DNA from: a cyanobacterium endosymbiont of Rhopalodia gibba
GTDB taxonomy: Bacteria; Cyanobacteriota; Cyanobacteriia; Cyanobacteriales; Microcystaceae
Assembly: GCA_045159875.1 (NCBI GenBank)
Contig: CP067995.1
Location: 2,816,001-2,880,000, forward strand
Direction of reading: 5' to 3'
DNA length: 64,000 nucleotides
Every line of letters starts with the position of its first letter. Positions within the stretch are counted from its first letter, which is position 1. Shown here piece after piece: positions 1 to 11,201 of the stretch. The position numbers and the translations under genes were made by a program. The notes under the pieces are model-generated. The model ran no database searches. It saw nothing but the letters and a program-made list of their open reading frames with translations, and had not been told where the DNA came from.

Positions 1-9
1 GGGAGTTAT

Positions 10-741
10 ATGGGTGAATGTCTGCAAAATAATCGGTATCAGTATGTGGGATCAGAACTGGAAATTGCCCGTGAAGCAAAAAACTGGAAAACTTACTTTT
101 GTAATCTAATTGAGCAGTATCTAGGCAATGAAGTTTTGGAAGTGGGTGCTGGGATGGGAGGAACAACTAAAGTTCTTTGCAAGACCTATCATAAACACTG
201 GGTTTGTTTAGAACCAGATATTCAATTAGCATCTGCTATTCAAGATTTGATTTCTCAAGGAGAGTTGCCCAATTTTTGCTTAGTTAAAAATGGAACTTTA
301 ATTGATCTGAAAGATTCGGACCAGTTTGATTCTCTAATCTATATAGATGTTTTAGAGCATATTAAGGATGATAAGAACGAGGTTTATTTGGCGACTAATT
401 ACCTCAAAGAAGGAGGATATTTGATTATTCTTTGCCCAGCCCATCAATGGCTTTTTACTCCTTTCGATCTAGCTCTTGGCCATTACCGCCGCTATGATAA
501 ACAAACTTTACTATCAATAATGCCTGACAATTTGGACTGTCAAAAACTAAACTACTTAGATTCTGTTGGAGTACTAGCTTCTTTAGGAAATCGCTTTTTT
601 TTAAAAAGTTCTAATCCAACCTCCAAACAAATTAAATTCTGGGATACTTTGATGGTTCCTTTGTCTATCAAAATAGATCCTTTGATTAGCTATTCCTTAG
701 GTAAATCAATTTTAGGTATTTGGAAAAAGATTAATAATTAA
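10..741 (+). CDS. Class I SAM-dependent methyltransferase
   Basis: VLEVGAGMG motif I and DSLIYIDVLEHI motif. GHYRRY is typical of methyltransferases in glycosylation loci. Confidence 0.85.
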   Translation: MGECLQNNRYQYVGSELEIAREAKNWKTYFCNLIEQYLGNEVLEVGAGMGGTTKVLCKTYHKHWVCLEPDIQLASAIQDLISQGELPNFCLVKNGTLIDLKDSDQFDSLIYIDVLEHIKDDKNEVYLATNYLKEGGYLIILCPAHQWLFTPFDLALGHYRRYDKQTLLSIMPDNLDCQKLNYLDSVGVLASLGNRFFLKSSNPTSKQIKFWDTLMVPLSIKIDPLISYSLGKSILGIWKKINN

Positions 742-753
742 GGATGATTTTTA

Positions 754-2880
754 ATGAAAATTTGGAAGTTGTATCACACAGTAACTACATTTTTGCAACC
801 GTATAAAACTAATTTATTAATTCTCTGTCTTTATGGCGTGATTGCTATTGGATTGATGGGACCGATGGCTTCATCAGAAGTTATTTTTCCTTATCCTGAT
901 CCCCAGTCTCATATTGGCTATGTTCACCAAGCGCGCCTCGCCTTAGAAGAAGGACAATTTCCACTGAGAGTTGCTCCTGTTGAAAATCATGGTTGGCGTT
1001 ATCCGGGATTTCAATTTTATAGTCAGGTTCCCTATCTTTTCGGCGCATTACTCTATAAATTTATTACCCCATCAAACCCATATGATGCATATAAATTGGT
1101 TATCTGGACATCATTTTTGGTAGGAGCTTTTTATATCTATCGTCTTAGCCTCTGGTTAATTCACTCTCAAACCGGAGCAATTTTAGCAGGAATATCTTAC
1201 ATATCAGCTCCCTATTTTCTTAATAATATTCATGCCAGGGGAGCCTTTACAGAAGCGATCGCCCAAGGAATTTTACCCGTTGTTCTTTATTACACTATTC
1301 AATGTTACGCAACAGGAAAAAGGCGTTATCTCCTTATGAGTGGTTTAAGTTGGTTTTTATTAGCAACTACCCATATTATTACTTTTATTTATACGACTTT
1401 AGCAATAGGGATATTGAGTTTTATTATTTTTCTAAAAACTCGTAAAACAGGGTTTCAATGGTCCCAACTACTACCTCCTCTAATCGCCTATGGACTGGGG
1501 TGGTTATTAGCTTTCTATTTTCTTGTTCCCGTAGTTTTGATGTCAAGTAACCTAGCTGTCGGTAAGCAAGTGGGAGGTTCTAACCCTTTTCACAGTCGTT
1601 GGTATACACCCCTATCTACGCTAATCTCCCCTACCTCTTTACCCCCTGCGCCTTCGGAAACTGGGTTTGCCCCTACCTATGGATTACACCCTGCTGTCGG
1701 TTGGATTTTTCTGGCTGCTTGGGGAGTGGTAATTTATTATCATTACTCTTCCCGTCGAGTCCCTTATAAATTACAGTCAACTCAACCCTATCTTATTGGG
1801 TCACTATGGATCTTTTTAATTGCCTTATTTGCCACTTGGAGTCCCGTCGACTTCTGGAGGTTACTACCCCGTCAATTGTGGGTAACTCAATTTACCTTCC
1901 GTATTTTGACCCATGTTATGTGGTCTGGGGCATTATTGACAGGTTACGCAGTCGTGTTGATATTTCGCCAACGGTTAGACCGTCGTCATTTAGTCATCGG
2001 TATTTTAGTTATTCTTATTGCTAATCGTCCTTGGCTTCCTATTCCTCGCAGTACAGCAACAGTTGCAGACTTAATCAAAGAACCTCTATTTCGATATTCT
2101 GGCGCACTGGATTATTTATATCGCGCCCCCATTACCACATTGTACGGAGGAGCAGAATTACGTTTACTTCCCCTAGACTGGCTTCCTGGGTATGCTACTT
2201 GGGATGTTTTTGTTAATCGTCCACTATTACTGGGAGCAGAATTTCGTTACCCTCTATGGCAAGACAATGAAAATCCAATTCTCCACCTTCAAGGAGAAGT
2301 TGATATAGATAATATTACAGATACAGCCTCGCTAGAGATTCAGTCTGATGGCAGAGCGTTTGATAAAATTCCCTTAACCTCCCGCGCGTTAAATTGGAAA
2401 ATTCCCGTTTATAAGGCTCCTATTTTTGGGGAAGATCTTGGGCTTAAATTTGTATTTAAAGGGTCAACCAATGATGGTCAAATGTTAAAAATACAGGTCA
2501 ACCGACTTTCTTTTGAAGGAATGTCCCCAGCGCATATGGTCATTCCCGTTTTTGTCACCCAAAATAGTTGTTCCCAAAAAGGAATAAGTACCTTGTGTGA
2601 GATTACTCTTAACCAAAATGCTCAGATTGTTCAACTTCCTGTTTTATATTATCCTAATATACTAAAAGTCTGGGTTGATGATCAGCTAATACAGTATTTT
2701 CCAGTGAATCATAGAGATTATAATTTAGTAGGATTAAATTTAAAACCAGGAACCCATAAAATTCGTGTAACTTTTAGTGGTCTAGCTTGGACTAATTGGA
2801 TTAGTAGTTTAGCTTGGTTGGGTTTTGTTTTAGCGGGTCTAACTCTTTTTATACCAAAGAAACTCAAGATAAGCTCCTAG
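754..2880 (+). CDS. Multi-pass membrane protein, GT-C-like (YfhO / PTPS-related membrane family)
   Basis: 708 aa with many TM segments, YPGFQFY and RGAFTEAIA motifs, and a C-terminal LPVLYYP...GTHKIRVTF domain followed by a TM helix. Confidence 0.7.
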   Translation: MKIWKLYHTVTTFLQPYKTNLLILCLYGVIAIGLMGPMASSEVIFPYPDPQSHIGYVHQARLALEEGQFPLRVAPVENHGWRYPGFQFYSQVPYLFGALLYKFITPSNPYDAYKLVIWTSFLVGAFYIYRLSLWLIHSQTGAILAGISYISAPYFLNNIHARGAFTEAIAQGILPVVLYYTIQCYATGKRRYLLMSGLSWFLLATTHIITFIYTTLAIGILSFIIFLKTRKTGFQWSQLLPPLIAYGLGWLLAFYFLVPVVLMSSNLAVGKQVGGSNPFHSRWYTPLSTLISPTSLPPAPSETGFAPTYGLHPAVGWIFLAAWGVVIYYHYSSRRVPYKLQSTQPYLIGSLWIFLIALFATWSPVDFWRLLPRQLWVTQFTFRILTHVMWSGALLTGYAVVLIFRQRLDRRHLVIGILVILIANRPWLPIPRSTATVADLIKEPLFRYSGALDYLYRAPITTLYGGAELRLLPLDWLPGYATWDVFVNRPLLLGAEFRYPLWQDNENPILHLQGEVDIDNITDTASLEIQSDGRAFDKIPLTSRALNWKIPVYKAPIFGEDLGLKFVFKGSTNDGQMLKIQVNRLSFEGMSPAHMVIPVFVTQNSCSQKGISTLCEITLNQNAQIVQLPVLYYPNILKVWVDDQLIQYFPVNHRDYNLVGLNLKPGTHKIRVTFSGLAWTNWISSLAWLGFVLAGLTLFIPKKLKISS

Positions 2881-2948
2881 TTTTTTTATGCTAGTGTGTG
2901 TATCACAAACTTAAAAAACGGTTTAGACACACAACAGTTTATTGGTAA

Positions 2949-4517
2949 TCAATCCTTAATTAACTTAACTAATCGATAATATCGTTCCCCATTAATTGCC
3001 TTAAACGTCTTAATATCTTGCCAACGATATTCATCTGTTTTTAACACATTATTATCGCGGTAATAATGCAGTAAGTAAAGACAATCATCATTCAGATGGT
3101 CCTCAACTTTTGGTAAATCTCCCTGATTATAAGGTTCGAAATCTATGATCTTCCATCGTTTCATATCCAATTTATTAGTAACAACATCAATGTTAAGTTC
3201 TTGATACTCAGCTGCTGGCATTTGTGTATAAAATGGAACCAATATATAAGCATACTTGCTCTCAATATTATCACTAATAAGTATGCAGTCAGTGTTGCTT
3301 TTGTCTGCTTCGAAAATAACATCCTGAAAGGTTGGCAACCAAGCATCTGACTGTAGCTTAGGATAGTCAACAAAATAATGTTCAGTAAAAATGGTTAAAC
3401 TAGCAAAAATAATCAATAAACTTACCCATGTTATTATATACTTGGACTTACCATTAAATTTATTGAGTAACAAGAATATTCCATAGCTAGATATCATCGC
3501 AAAAAGAGGTGCACCGACACAAGTCCTAACCGCACTCCATGGACTAACTAATGCGGCTGGAATAGGGTAAAGAAACAACCATAAAATGAGTATTTGCTTA
3601 TATTTAACTTGATTTTTAATTAATCCTGCTATGCCTAAGATTAAAGTCACTATTTCAAATATATATAATTCCCCCGTATTATCAATAGTGTGTCTAGGAA
3701 TAGGATCTCCTTTAAAAAATAAATAATCAGGACTAAAATAGGAGAAATAATGACCTACAATTTTGGGTATATTTGTTAAGAGACCAACTTCATTAGCTCT
3801 GGCCATTCCTTGAGGTGAAAGTTGATAAATCAACTGAGGAATAAATAAAATAGTAAAGAGTATTAGAGCAAGGATTGTTTGATTTTTATGTTTGATTAAG
3901 TATTGTCTATAAATGATTACTGAACCCATCATGAAGAGAGGAACAAATACCCTAGCGGAGTAAAAAGTGTAAATACTGATTGCAAATAATAAACCCGATA
4001 TAGGAATTAATTTAGGAGTCTTAAGACTTCTCAAGAAAATTAGTAGTGCAGTACAAAATAATAAGGGAAATAAGATAGCTCTAAAAGTAATTCTACTAAA
4101 GTGAATATGCCAAGGAGAAATGGCTAAAAGTAAGGCAGCAAATAAGGCAACACGTCGAGAGAAAATTTCTTTAGTTAAATAATATAGAACTAAAACCGTC
4201 AAAGTTCCGATGACAGCTGATGTCATTCTAGCCCCAAATACATTAAGTCCGAAAACTTTGATAAAAGGGACCATCAGATATATATATAATCCTTCACGGT
4301 AGTCATTAGCTGACTTAAAATATGCTGGTAAAAATTCCCCATATTGATCCCTTAAAGTGTGAATTATAGAATAGGCATCATAAGCATTAGAAGCCTCATC
4401 GGGAAAAAATCCATTGGGAATAGTTCCCAAAAACATGACTCTCAATAAAAACCCTAAAATAACAATTCCCAAAAGATAAAAAATACTGAGACTTTCCGTC
4501 TGAATATGTTTAAGCAT
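2949..4517 (-). CDS. ArnT/PMT-like glycosyltransferase (GT-C, family 39/83)
   Basis: N-terminal TM followed by PDEASNAYDAYS, FGARMTSA, LLAISPWHIHFSR; many TM helices. Confidence 0.85.
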   Translation of the reverse strand: MLKHIQTESLSIFYLLGIVILGFLLRVMFLGTIPNGFFPDEASNAYDAYSIIHTLRDQYGEFLPAYFKSANDYREGLYIYLMVPFIKVFGLNVFGARMTSAVIGTLTVLVLYYLTKEIFSRRVALFAALLLAISPWHIHFSRITFRAILFPLLFCTALLIFLRSLKTPKLIPISGLLFAISIYTFYSARVFVPLFMMGSVIIYRQYLIKHKNQTILALILFTILFIPQLIYQLSPQGMARANEVGLLTNIPKIVGHYFSYFSPDYLFFKGDPIPRHTIDNTGELYIFEIVTLILGIAGLIKNQVKYKQILILWLFLYPIPAALVSPWSAVRTCVGAPLFAMISSYGIFLLLNKFNGKSKYIITWVSLLIIFASLTIFTEHYFVDYPKLQSDAWLPTFQDVIFEADKSNTDCILISDNIESKYAYILVPFYTQMPAAEYQELNIDVVTNKLDMKRWKIIDFEPYNQGDLPKVEDHLNDDCLYLLHYYRDNNVLKTDEYRWQDIKTFKAINGERYYRLVKLIKD

Positions 4518-4687
4518 ATTAAGGATTAGGCTCTAAAGGAGCTGCTATAGACTTATATTATAATGACTTAATTTATATTAAATCTTCATCTAATAATCTA
4601 CTTATCTTTATAACTTCTCAATAAAATCTTTTAGCCATAAATAGCTTCTGTTAAACAAACAGGACTAAATGACACAATAAATAGTAG

Positions 4688-6532
4688 TTATCGAACGATT
4701 CGTCTACCTTCACATTTTTCTTCTATATACTCTGGCGACATATCAAATTCCGCTTTGATTGAATAATCAGAGTAAGAGTGAAAATAAGAATTATAAAGGA
4801 AAGAATGAGGAACTTTTGCTACTAGACAAATCTGCTCTCCCTGAGCAAAACTTTTTAATAAGTTTTGATCAATAATGTCAGTTCTCTGAACCTGATCATG
4901 AATTGAAGAAAACTCAGGGATTGTAAAAAAATATCGAGTTTTGGTAATAAAAATTATCATAAAACCAGCGGCAATCAAAGCTAAATTTTCAGGTTTAATC
5001 CATGAAATTTTTGGAGAAGAACCTTCTACTAAACGACAAATAAAATAACAATTTAATGAAACAAAAACAATCATCCAATACATATAATATCGAAGTTCAT
5101 AAGACTGAGGCATAATCGATGTAAGTAGGGTCATAATAACCATTAATGCAATGGCTACTTTTGAATCAGTATTGTTATGTTTCCAACAAAGAAAAATGAA
5201 TAATAGTATGTTAAAAACTACATATCCGCCAAAATATCCTCCCATTCCAAATTTTTCTTCATTCCAGGAAATAAAGTCCATTGCTAGAGTCCATTGCCAG
5301 GGTCTTCTTGAATCAAAAGCATTAATTTCTAAAACTGACTTTGCCCACCGGAAAGTAGGGGAAAGTTTTTTAATATTTTCGTGCATAAAATCTGGTACTG
5401 CTTCATTATGATTAAGAACCATTCCAGCAATTTCTATTTTGACGGGATAAAATGGATTTTGATACAAAACTAGATTTTTAATCGGTGTAGCAAAAATTAT
5501 TAGACTAGCGACAAAGCTAATTAATAATGGTTTCGTTAACTCTATTATTCTAGATTTTCCTTGGGTAGTATTTTTCCAAAATTGAATCAGGATATTAGTT
5601 AGAGTAAAGCAAAGAGTTATAAAGGTAACAGGAATAAGTTGAAACTTAGTGTTGGCTGCTGCAGTAGCAGATAAAAAGATTACAAACAGGTTATTAATAT
5701 TAAAATCAATTTTTTTTGTGTATAAGAGGTAGGTCGTTAAAATAAGGATTGAGACGGAAACATTTCCAGGTAAATCAATATAACTTCTAGCTGCGTGCAT
5801 GTGAACCATGGGAACAGCTAAGAGGGCAATTGTTCCTAAATAGAAAGGAATTCTTAGATAAAAAGTTAGATAACTAATGAAAACTATCAAACTAACATAA
5901 CACAATAAGTTAGTTGCCTCTGGTTTCTGGAAAATAAACCAAAAAAAACCTTGTAAAAAGTTAGCTAGTAGAGGAAATCCCAGAAAACGGTGTTCTGTAT
6001 TGTACTCAAAAGTGTACTGTTCTGGAGGAATAATGTGCCAAATTCTAGCTGCAAAGGGTACATGATACATAAAAGCATCACCCCCATAATTAGCATCGAA
6101 GAAACTAATTAAAAAGATAGAGAATAAAATTAGGCTTGCAGTAACTGTCAGAATGGTTTTAAGATTAAAGTATTTAAAAAGTATCAGAATTTTATTGATT
6201 GTTCGACTTATTTTATCTAATCTATTGTATTTGTTAAATGTTTCAGAATCTTTGAAATTTTCGAGAAAACTTAAACTAATAAAACCCAATCCCAGTCCTC
6301 CTAAACACATCCTCATTATTCTGAGAACTGAAGCGTCAACATAATTAAAGTAGCCCATAATTCCTAAAATTAAAGCCAAAGAAATTAAACCACTTCCTCC
6401 TGTGAAACGCGGCTCATTTTTTAACTTCAATAGCCAAGGAATATGTTGAAAAATAGGAAGTCCTGAATAAACTAATAGAGTCATGCTCAACAAAGCAATA
6501 CCTAAGATGAGGCTTAATAATGGGACTAGCAT
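4688..6532 (-). CDS. Conserved multi-pass membrane protein, possibly GT-C fold
   Basis: 614 aa hydrophobic ORF with DAFMYHVPFAAR, SYIDLPGN and NPFYP motifs; located in the glycosylation cluster. Confidence 0.6.
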   Translation of the reverse strand: MLVPLLSLILGIALLSMTLLVYSGLPIFQHIPWLLKLKNEPRFTGGSGLISLALILGIMGYFNYVDASVLRIMRMCLGGLGLGFISLSFLENFKDSETFNKYNRLDKISRTINKILILFKYFNLKTILTVTASLILFSIFLISFFDANYGGDAFMYHVPFAARIWHIIPPEQYTFEYNTEHRFLGFPLLANFLQGFFWFIFQKPEATNLLCYVSLIVFISYLTFYLRIPFYLGTIALLAVPMVHMHAARSYIDLPGNVSVSILILTTYLLYTKKIDFNINNLFVIFLSATAAANTKFQLIPVTFITLCFTLTNILIQFWKNTTQGKSRIIELTKPLLISFVASLIIFATPIKNLVLYQNPFYPVKIEIAGMVLNHNEAVPDFMHENIKKLSPTFRWAKSVLEINAFDSRRPWQWTLAMDFISWNEEKFGMGGYFGGYVVFNILLFIFLCWKHNNTDSKVAIALMVIMTLLTSIMPQSYELRYYMYWMIVFVSLNCYFICRLVEGSSPKISWIKPENLALIAAGFMIIFITKTRYFFTIPEFSSIHDQVQRTDIIDQNLLKSFAQGEQICLVAKVPHSFLYNSYFHSYSDYSIKAEFDMSPEYIEEKCEGRRIVR

Positions 6533-6579
6533 GATTTTTGATTTTATAGTGATTCGGAAAAAATAACTGGACTAGATAT

Positions 6580-7743
6580 TTAGATATAAAGGTTAGTAGG
6601 TTGGTTTTGAAAATTAGTAACTTTTCTGATTTTTGCTCCTTGTACAAATAGAGTTTTGTCCTTTGTTCCATTAAGAAATTCAAAATAAAAATCAACTTTT
6701 GAAGTTTCAGACAAATGAATCACCCAATCACGATAACTAGAAGCTAGTAAGTTACTATAGGCATGATAACGAAAAATATTTTTTTCCCCTACTCTCACAC
6801 CACAGGTTAAATCATTATCTTGACCTTGAGCCACAAAATCAATATCAATTAGATAACGTCCTTTATCTAGAATCAAAGGGGTTCCGAGATAAATTGAACC
6901 ATCAGTTTTAGTCTCAAAATCTGTTGCCTCCAAGGAAATATATTCCTCAAAGTCAAAGGGAGGATTATAAACTACTTCAGACAGCCTATTTTGATGAATA
7001 TAGAGGTTATTCCTAATTTCAACCCCTTTAGGATAGTCTTGTGAACTTTCAATGATCTGATAGGTGTTTAAATCGATGGAAATATAACCAGCTTCTCTCA
7101 AAAAATCGAGACAGTTGGTATCCTCGGGTTGAGTTTCTAAAATTAAATGTGGTTTAGCTGATTTGATAGTTTTATTCATTCCTTTTACTGCATCAAATTC
7201 AGCTCCTTCAATGTCCATTTTGACCAGATCAGGGACTAACCCAGTGTGTTCTACAAAATCATCTAAGGCAATAGTTGAAACCTGATAAGTAGCAGACTCA
7301 CTTTGTTTATTTGTATAAATACTATCGTTAAGATGACTACCTAAATAAATGGGAACAGTTCCATAGGATTTATGATAAACCGCAGTATGAAAAAGTTGTA
7401 CATTACTACAGCCACTCAAAACGATATTACGTTGACATTTATCAACAATTCGGGGACTGGCTTCAAAGGAACAAACCACTCCCCTTGGTCCTACCATACG
7501 AGACATAACGGTGGTTAATCCCCCAAAATTGGCTCCTACATCAAATACTACATGCCCAGGACGACAGAGATCTCGTAATGCCAGTTGGACAGGGGGTTCC
7601 CAGAAGTTCTCTTTATACCAAGGAGCAACCCCATAGAGTTTAACCTCTTCTAGTTTTTGATTGACTCCCAGTTGTCGATCAATCTCTGGGGACAATGCCC
7701 GACTCAGACGAACTTTAAACCAGTCTTTCAATTGATTAATCAT
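6580..7743 (-). CDS. FkbM-family methyltransferase
   Basis: VFDVGANFG, SFEASP and LVKMDIEGAE motifs; start overlaps the stop of the upstream GT gene. Confidence 0.9.
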   Translation of the reverse strand: MINQLKDWFKVRLSRALSPEIDRQLGVNQKLEEVKLYGVAPWYKENFWEPPVQLALRDLCRPGHVVFDVGANFGGLTTVMSRMVGPRGVVCSFEASPRIVDKCQRNIVLSGCSNVQLFHTAVYHKSYGTVPIYLGSHLNDSIYTNKQSESATYQVSTIALDDFVEHTGLVPDLVKMDIEGAEFDAVKGMNKTIKSAKPHLILETQPEDTNCLDFLREAGYISIDLNTYQIIESSQDYPKGVEIRNNLYIHQNRLSEVVYNPPFDFEEYISLEATDFETKTDGSIYLGTPLILDKGRYLIDIDFVAQGQDNDLTCGVRVGEKNIFRYHAYSNLLASSYRDWVIHLSETSKVDFYFEFLNGTKDKTLFVQGAKIRKVTNFQNQPTNLYI

Positions 7744-10700
7744 TAACTTTTTTCTACCTCAGTAAACCAAAGAAACGCGTGTTGTTCATGACGATTATCA
7801 TTGAAAATTTTATAGTTTGGTTGTAAGCCAAAACTTTGTTCTGAATTCCAAGATTTGAGATGTTCTCGCTCAATTTTATGGGCAAGATTTCGAGTTTGCA
7901 ATATACGTCCTAAGGGAGAAAACCGAGAAAGTTTAGGCATCCAATCCAACTCTCGATATGCCTTAAGGAGAGTTTTTATTCCTATAAAATATTTGAGAAC
8001 TTGGGATTCTGGAGCAATTTCTCTCAAATATAAACTCAGGTTGTAAGCATACTCTAAATCAGTACTGGTATGACAGCAGTAGGACTTGCGATAACATAAA
8101 CATAGGTGAATTAATTGCTCTATTTCCTCAGTCTTTCGACTAGCAAAAGCATAACGCACCCCCGCTAAGGTTCGATGTATATACCACGCTCGCAAATCTT
8201 CAATTTCTGCTTGAGGGCTTTGGGTAGTTCGTTCATCAGGATAGTTCCAAAAAACTCCTAAAGTTCGGTCAATAACTTTACTTTTAATAAAGGGTAAAAC
8301 TCTACTCTTAAACTCCGTATCTCCTGCACCTTGAAATGTCCCATCATAGTATCCAAACCGGTCATGAATTGAACGGCGATATAATGCTCCTACCCAAGAT
8401 AAATAACAGGTTTCTAAGTAAACTAAATCTTGCTTATATTTACTTCTAGAATAGGGCATTATATCGTTGATCCAACTGCCATGTTTATCAACATTTGTGA
8501 CTAAACTGTTGCCAATTACCCAGTCAAGTTTAGGATCTTTATCTAATTCTTTCGCCAAGACTTCTAAACACTCAGGAAGAATTGTTTCATCTACTCCTAA
8601 AAAAGATAAATAAGGAGCTCTAGAAAGAGAAATTCCACGGTTCCAAGCTGCCTGAATAGTTTCTCGTTCGCGCGATTTCACATAAAGAATTGGTAAATTA
8701 AGTTTGGGAGCCAATTGTTGGAAAACTACGTATTCATCCCCTGGCGAACCACTATCAACCAGAATAATCTCTCCGCATCCTGATTGCATTAAACTTTGAT
8801 GCTGTAAGGTTTTCAGAAATAAAGGAAGTTTTTCAGCCGCATTATAGAGAGAAACAATAACACTTACTCGATAACTAGACTTTTCTCGGCGATCATCTAT
8901 AATTTCATAGTTCCAGTCAGGATTATTGTGTTTGTTTTCGTTAAAAGCCTGCTCAATTAGAGTGTGACATCGACCTTCTCGTTCGGCTAAATTGCCATAC
9001 ATTGCTTGTAGAACCTGCACTTCACGAGTTAACCCTTTCTTTTCTAAAGTTTGTAGGACAAAGGGGAGATCTCTAAAATTATCGCCGTCTAATAAACGCA
9101 TTCCCCGAACCTTATAGGTAGCAGCTACAAAGTCATTACCTCGTAATTCCTCGAGTCTAGCAATTTCTCTCCACAAACGCACCCTATCAATACGATAGCC
9201 ATTCTCCAAGCGAGCTCGCCAGTTTTGAACATCCGCCTCAAAAGCTGATCCTAACTTCCAACATTCTTTAACTTTATTCCCCAAATCTTTCTGAGTTAAT
9301 TCAGACCCATTAAATGTATATTTATAGCGTCTGATTAATTTGGAAGCTTTTAAAACTTGAGCATTACTTGTTTCCTCTAAAGGTTTTCTTAATTTTTCTT
9401 TAACTTCTCCAATAGTTTGTTTTAGTTGTTTATAAGCAGGTTTAATTTTGGACTTAACCTCAGATTTTGCTGCTTTAATAATTGGTATTTTAGAAAAACT
9501 AAAGCCAAGTTGACCTGATTCCCAATAATCAATAAGTTGAGAATACCACTGGTCTAATTCATTTCTAATTTGTACATCAGCTACAGAAGATTGATTATAA
9601 ATCTCTTCTAAGATAGGATCAGTTATTTCTAAATTAGTACAGAGAATTGTGTCTACTAAGTTTTGGCGATATTCTTCATAGTTTTCTAACACTTGAATAA
9701 TTGCTGGGAGACTCGAATAAATATCATTAATATCAATGGTTATAAAAGGAACTTTTGGAAATTGTTCCTCTAAAAAGCGACAAACTCCGGCTTTATTGCC
9801 GACTACTGTTGGACAACCAGATAATAGGGATTCTAAGGCAACTAAATTAAAAGTATCATATCTTGACGGCACAAAAGTAATAGATTTACTCGCAAACAAC
9901 TCTATCAATTCTCTTTTACTGACTGGAGGACTTATGGAGAGATCTTTGAGTCGGTTTTTCAACATCTTTTCAAGGTAATATTGAGAAGAAATTGTGTTGT
10001 TATAGTTATAACTGTGTGGACCAATAATTTGAGCACGAGTATAGCTAGAACGGGGGAGCCACCATACTAAATCAATAAAAATGTCAGGCCCTTTTCGTTT
10101 TTCTGTTCGTCCAATAAAATTTAAGCTCGGGGCAGTTTCTGATGTTAAACATTGGGTAGGCTTAGGAAGATCAAAAAAATGGAGGGGATTATAATAATAC
10201 GATGGGAGATCAGAAATTTCTCTCCATTCATCTAGATAACTTTTACTAATACCATAGCGAATATCTACAGCTTTATACTGCATCATTTCTTGAATATCCA
10301 AGGGTATATTATCTCGTCCAAAGTCAAACCAATCTAACCGTAAGGTTTTAGATATTTTTCCATGCATTGATAGGACAATACTTTTAAAATTGACTTGATA
10401 ACGATTTAGGGCTGATCTCAAAAAGATTCCCCATTGTTCATAATCGGGAACGTCAATGATATCAAACTGTTGACCGGCCGCAGAAGCAGCAATATTGCTA
10501 GCCATAACACAAGCCCGTTCAACCCATTTAGGAGGAGTTACTTCAAAGAAATTCTTAAAATCAGTAAGTAGAAATTTTTCTTGATACTCAAGAACATTAG
10601 CATTGAGTGGGCGAGAAGTGTTTAAAGGTTCTTTTTCGAGAAGATAATAAAACTCAATCTGAGGATTTTTTTGAATAACACTTTTGTAAAAGGTTTGTCC

Positions 10701-10748
10701 ACCCCCTACTTTACTGAATAAATCAAAATCTGCAATCAGAACTTTCAT
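7743..10748 (-). CDS. Bifunctional glycosyltransferase (N-terminal GT4/GT-B plus C-terminal GT2/GT-A)
   Basis: FIGRTEKRKG and PSRYDTFNLVALE (GT4); VSVIVSLYN, IILVDSGS, AWNRGI, FLGVDE and GDTEF (GT2). Confidence 0.9.
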   Translation of the reverse strand: MKVLIADFDLFSKVGGGQTFYKSVIQKNPQIEFYYLLEKEPLNTSRPLNANVLEYQEKFLLTDFKNFFEVTPPKWVERACVMASNIAASAAGQQFDIIDVPDYEQWGIFLRSALNRYQVNFKSIVLSMHGKISKTLRLDWFDFGRDNIPLDIQEMMQYKAVDIRYGISKSYLDEWREISDLPSYYYNPLHFFDLPKPTQCLTSETAPSLNFIGRTEKRKGPDIFIDLVWWLPRSSYTRAQIIGPHSYNYNNTISSQYYLEKMLKNRLKDLSISPPVSKRELIELFASKSITFVPSRYDTFNLVALESLLSGCPTVVGNKAGVCRFLEEQFPKVPFITIDINDIYSSLPAIIQVLENYEEYRQNLVDTILCTNLEITDPILEEIYNQSSVADVQIRNELDQWYSQLIDYWESGQLGFSFSKIPIIKAAKSEVKSKIKPAYKQLKQTIGEVKEKLRKPLEETSNAQVLKASKLIRRYKYTFNGSELTQKDLGNKVKECWKLGSAFEADVQNWRARLENGYRIDRVRLWREIARLEELRGNDFVAATYKVRGMRLLDGDNFRDLPFVLQTLEKKGLTREVQVLQAMYGNLAEREGRCHTLIEQAFNENKHNNPDWNYEIIDDRREKSSYRVSVIVSLYNAAEKLPLFLKTLQHQSLMQSGCGEIILVDSGSPGDEYVVFQQLAPKLNLPILYVKSRERETIQAAWNRGISLSRAPYLSFLGVDETILPECLEVLAKELDKDPKLDWVIGNSLVTNVDKHGSWINDIMPYSRSKYKQDLVYLETCYLSWVGALYRRSIHDRFGYYDGTFQGAGDTEFKSRVLPFIKSKVIDRTLGVFWNYPDERTTQSPQAEIEDLRAWYIHRTLAGVRYAFASRKTEEIEQLIHLCLCYRKSYCCHTSTDLEYAYNLSLYLREIAPESQVLKYFIGIKTLLKAYRELDWMPKLSRFSPLGRILQTRNLAHKIEREHLKSWNSEQSFGLQPNYKIFNDNRHEQHAFLWFTEVEKS

Positions 10749-11201
10749 GATATTTTAGTTAATAACGCTTCTCTGGTTTAAACATATTTTTTATGTTTGT
10801 AATAAATCCCCAAGAGGCTTATCCAATAGGGCTGAAGCCTTTAGGAAAAACTTTAACTTTATAAGAAATAAATAGTTAATTTTACTTAGGGACTGAGTTA
10901 ATAGATTAAAACCATTACATTCGTAGAATCTTAGGAACAAGAGTCAAGTAAGTCAACTCATGACTGGTCAATAATATTAATGTTTAACCTGGTTTTGGTT
11001 TAAAATACCTAATCATTGTGATTAAATCTACATCCCCAAAGGGTAACAAATTCGACAATCATTAGACTTTTCAGTAGTCGACGTGTTAGTTTTAGGGTAG
11101 GTTCCCTCTAGTCCAGGCGAGAATGAGACCGGAAAAGATAACTAATCGAAGAAAAACAAAACTTACAGCCTTTAGATGTAGAATGCTCCTAGAAATAATT
11201 G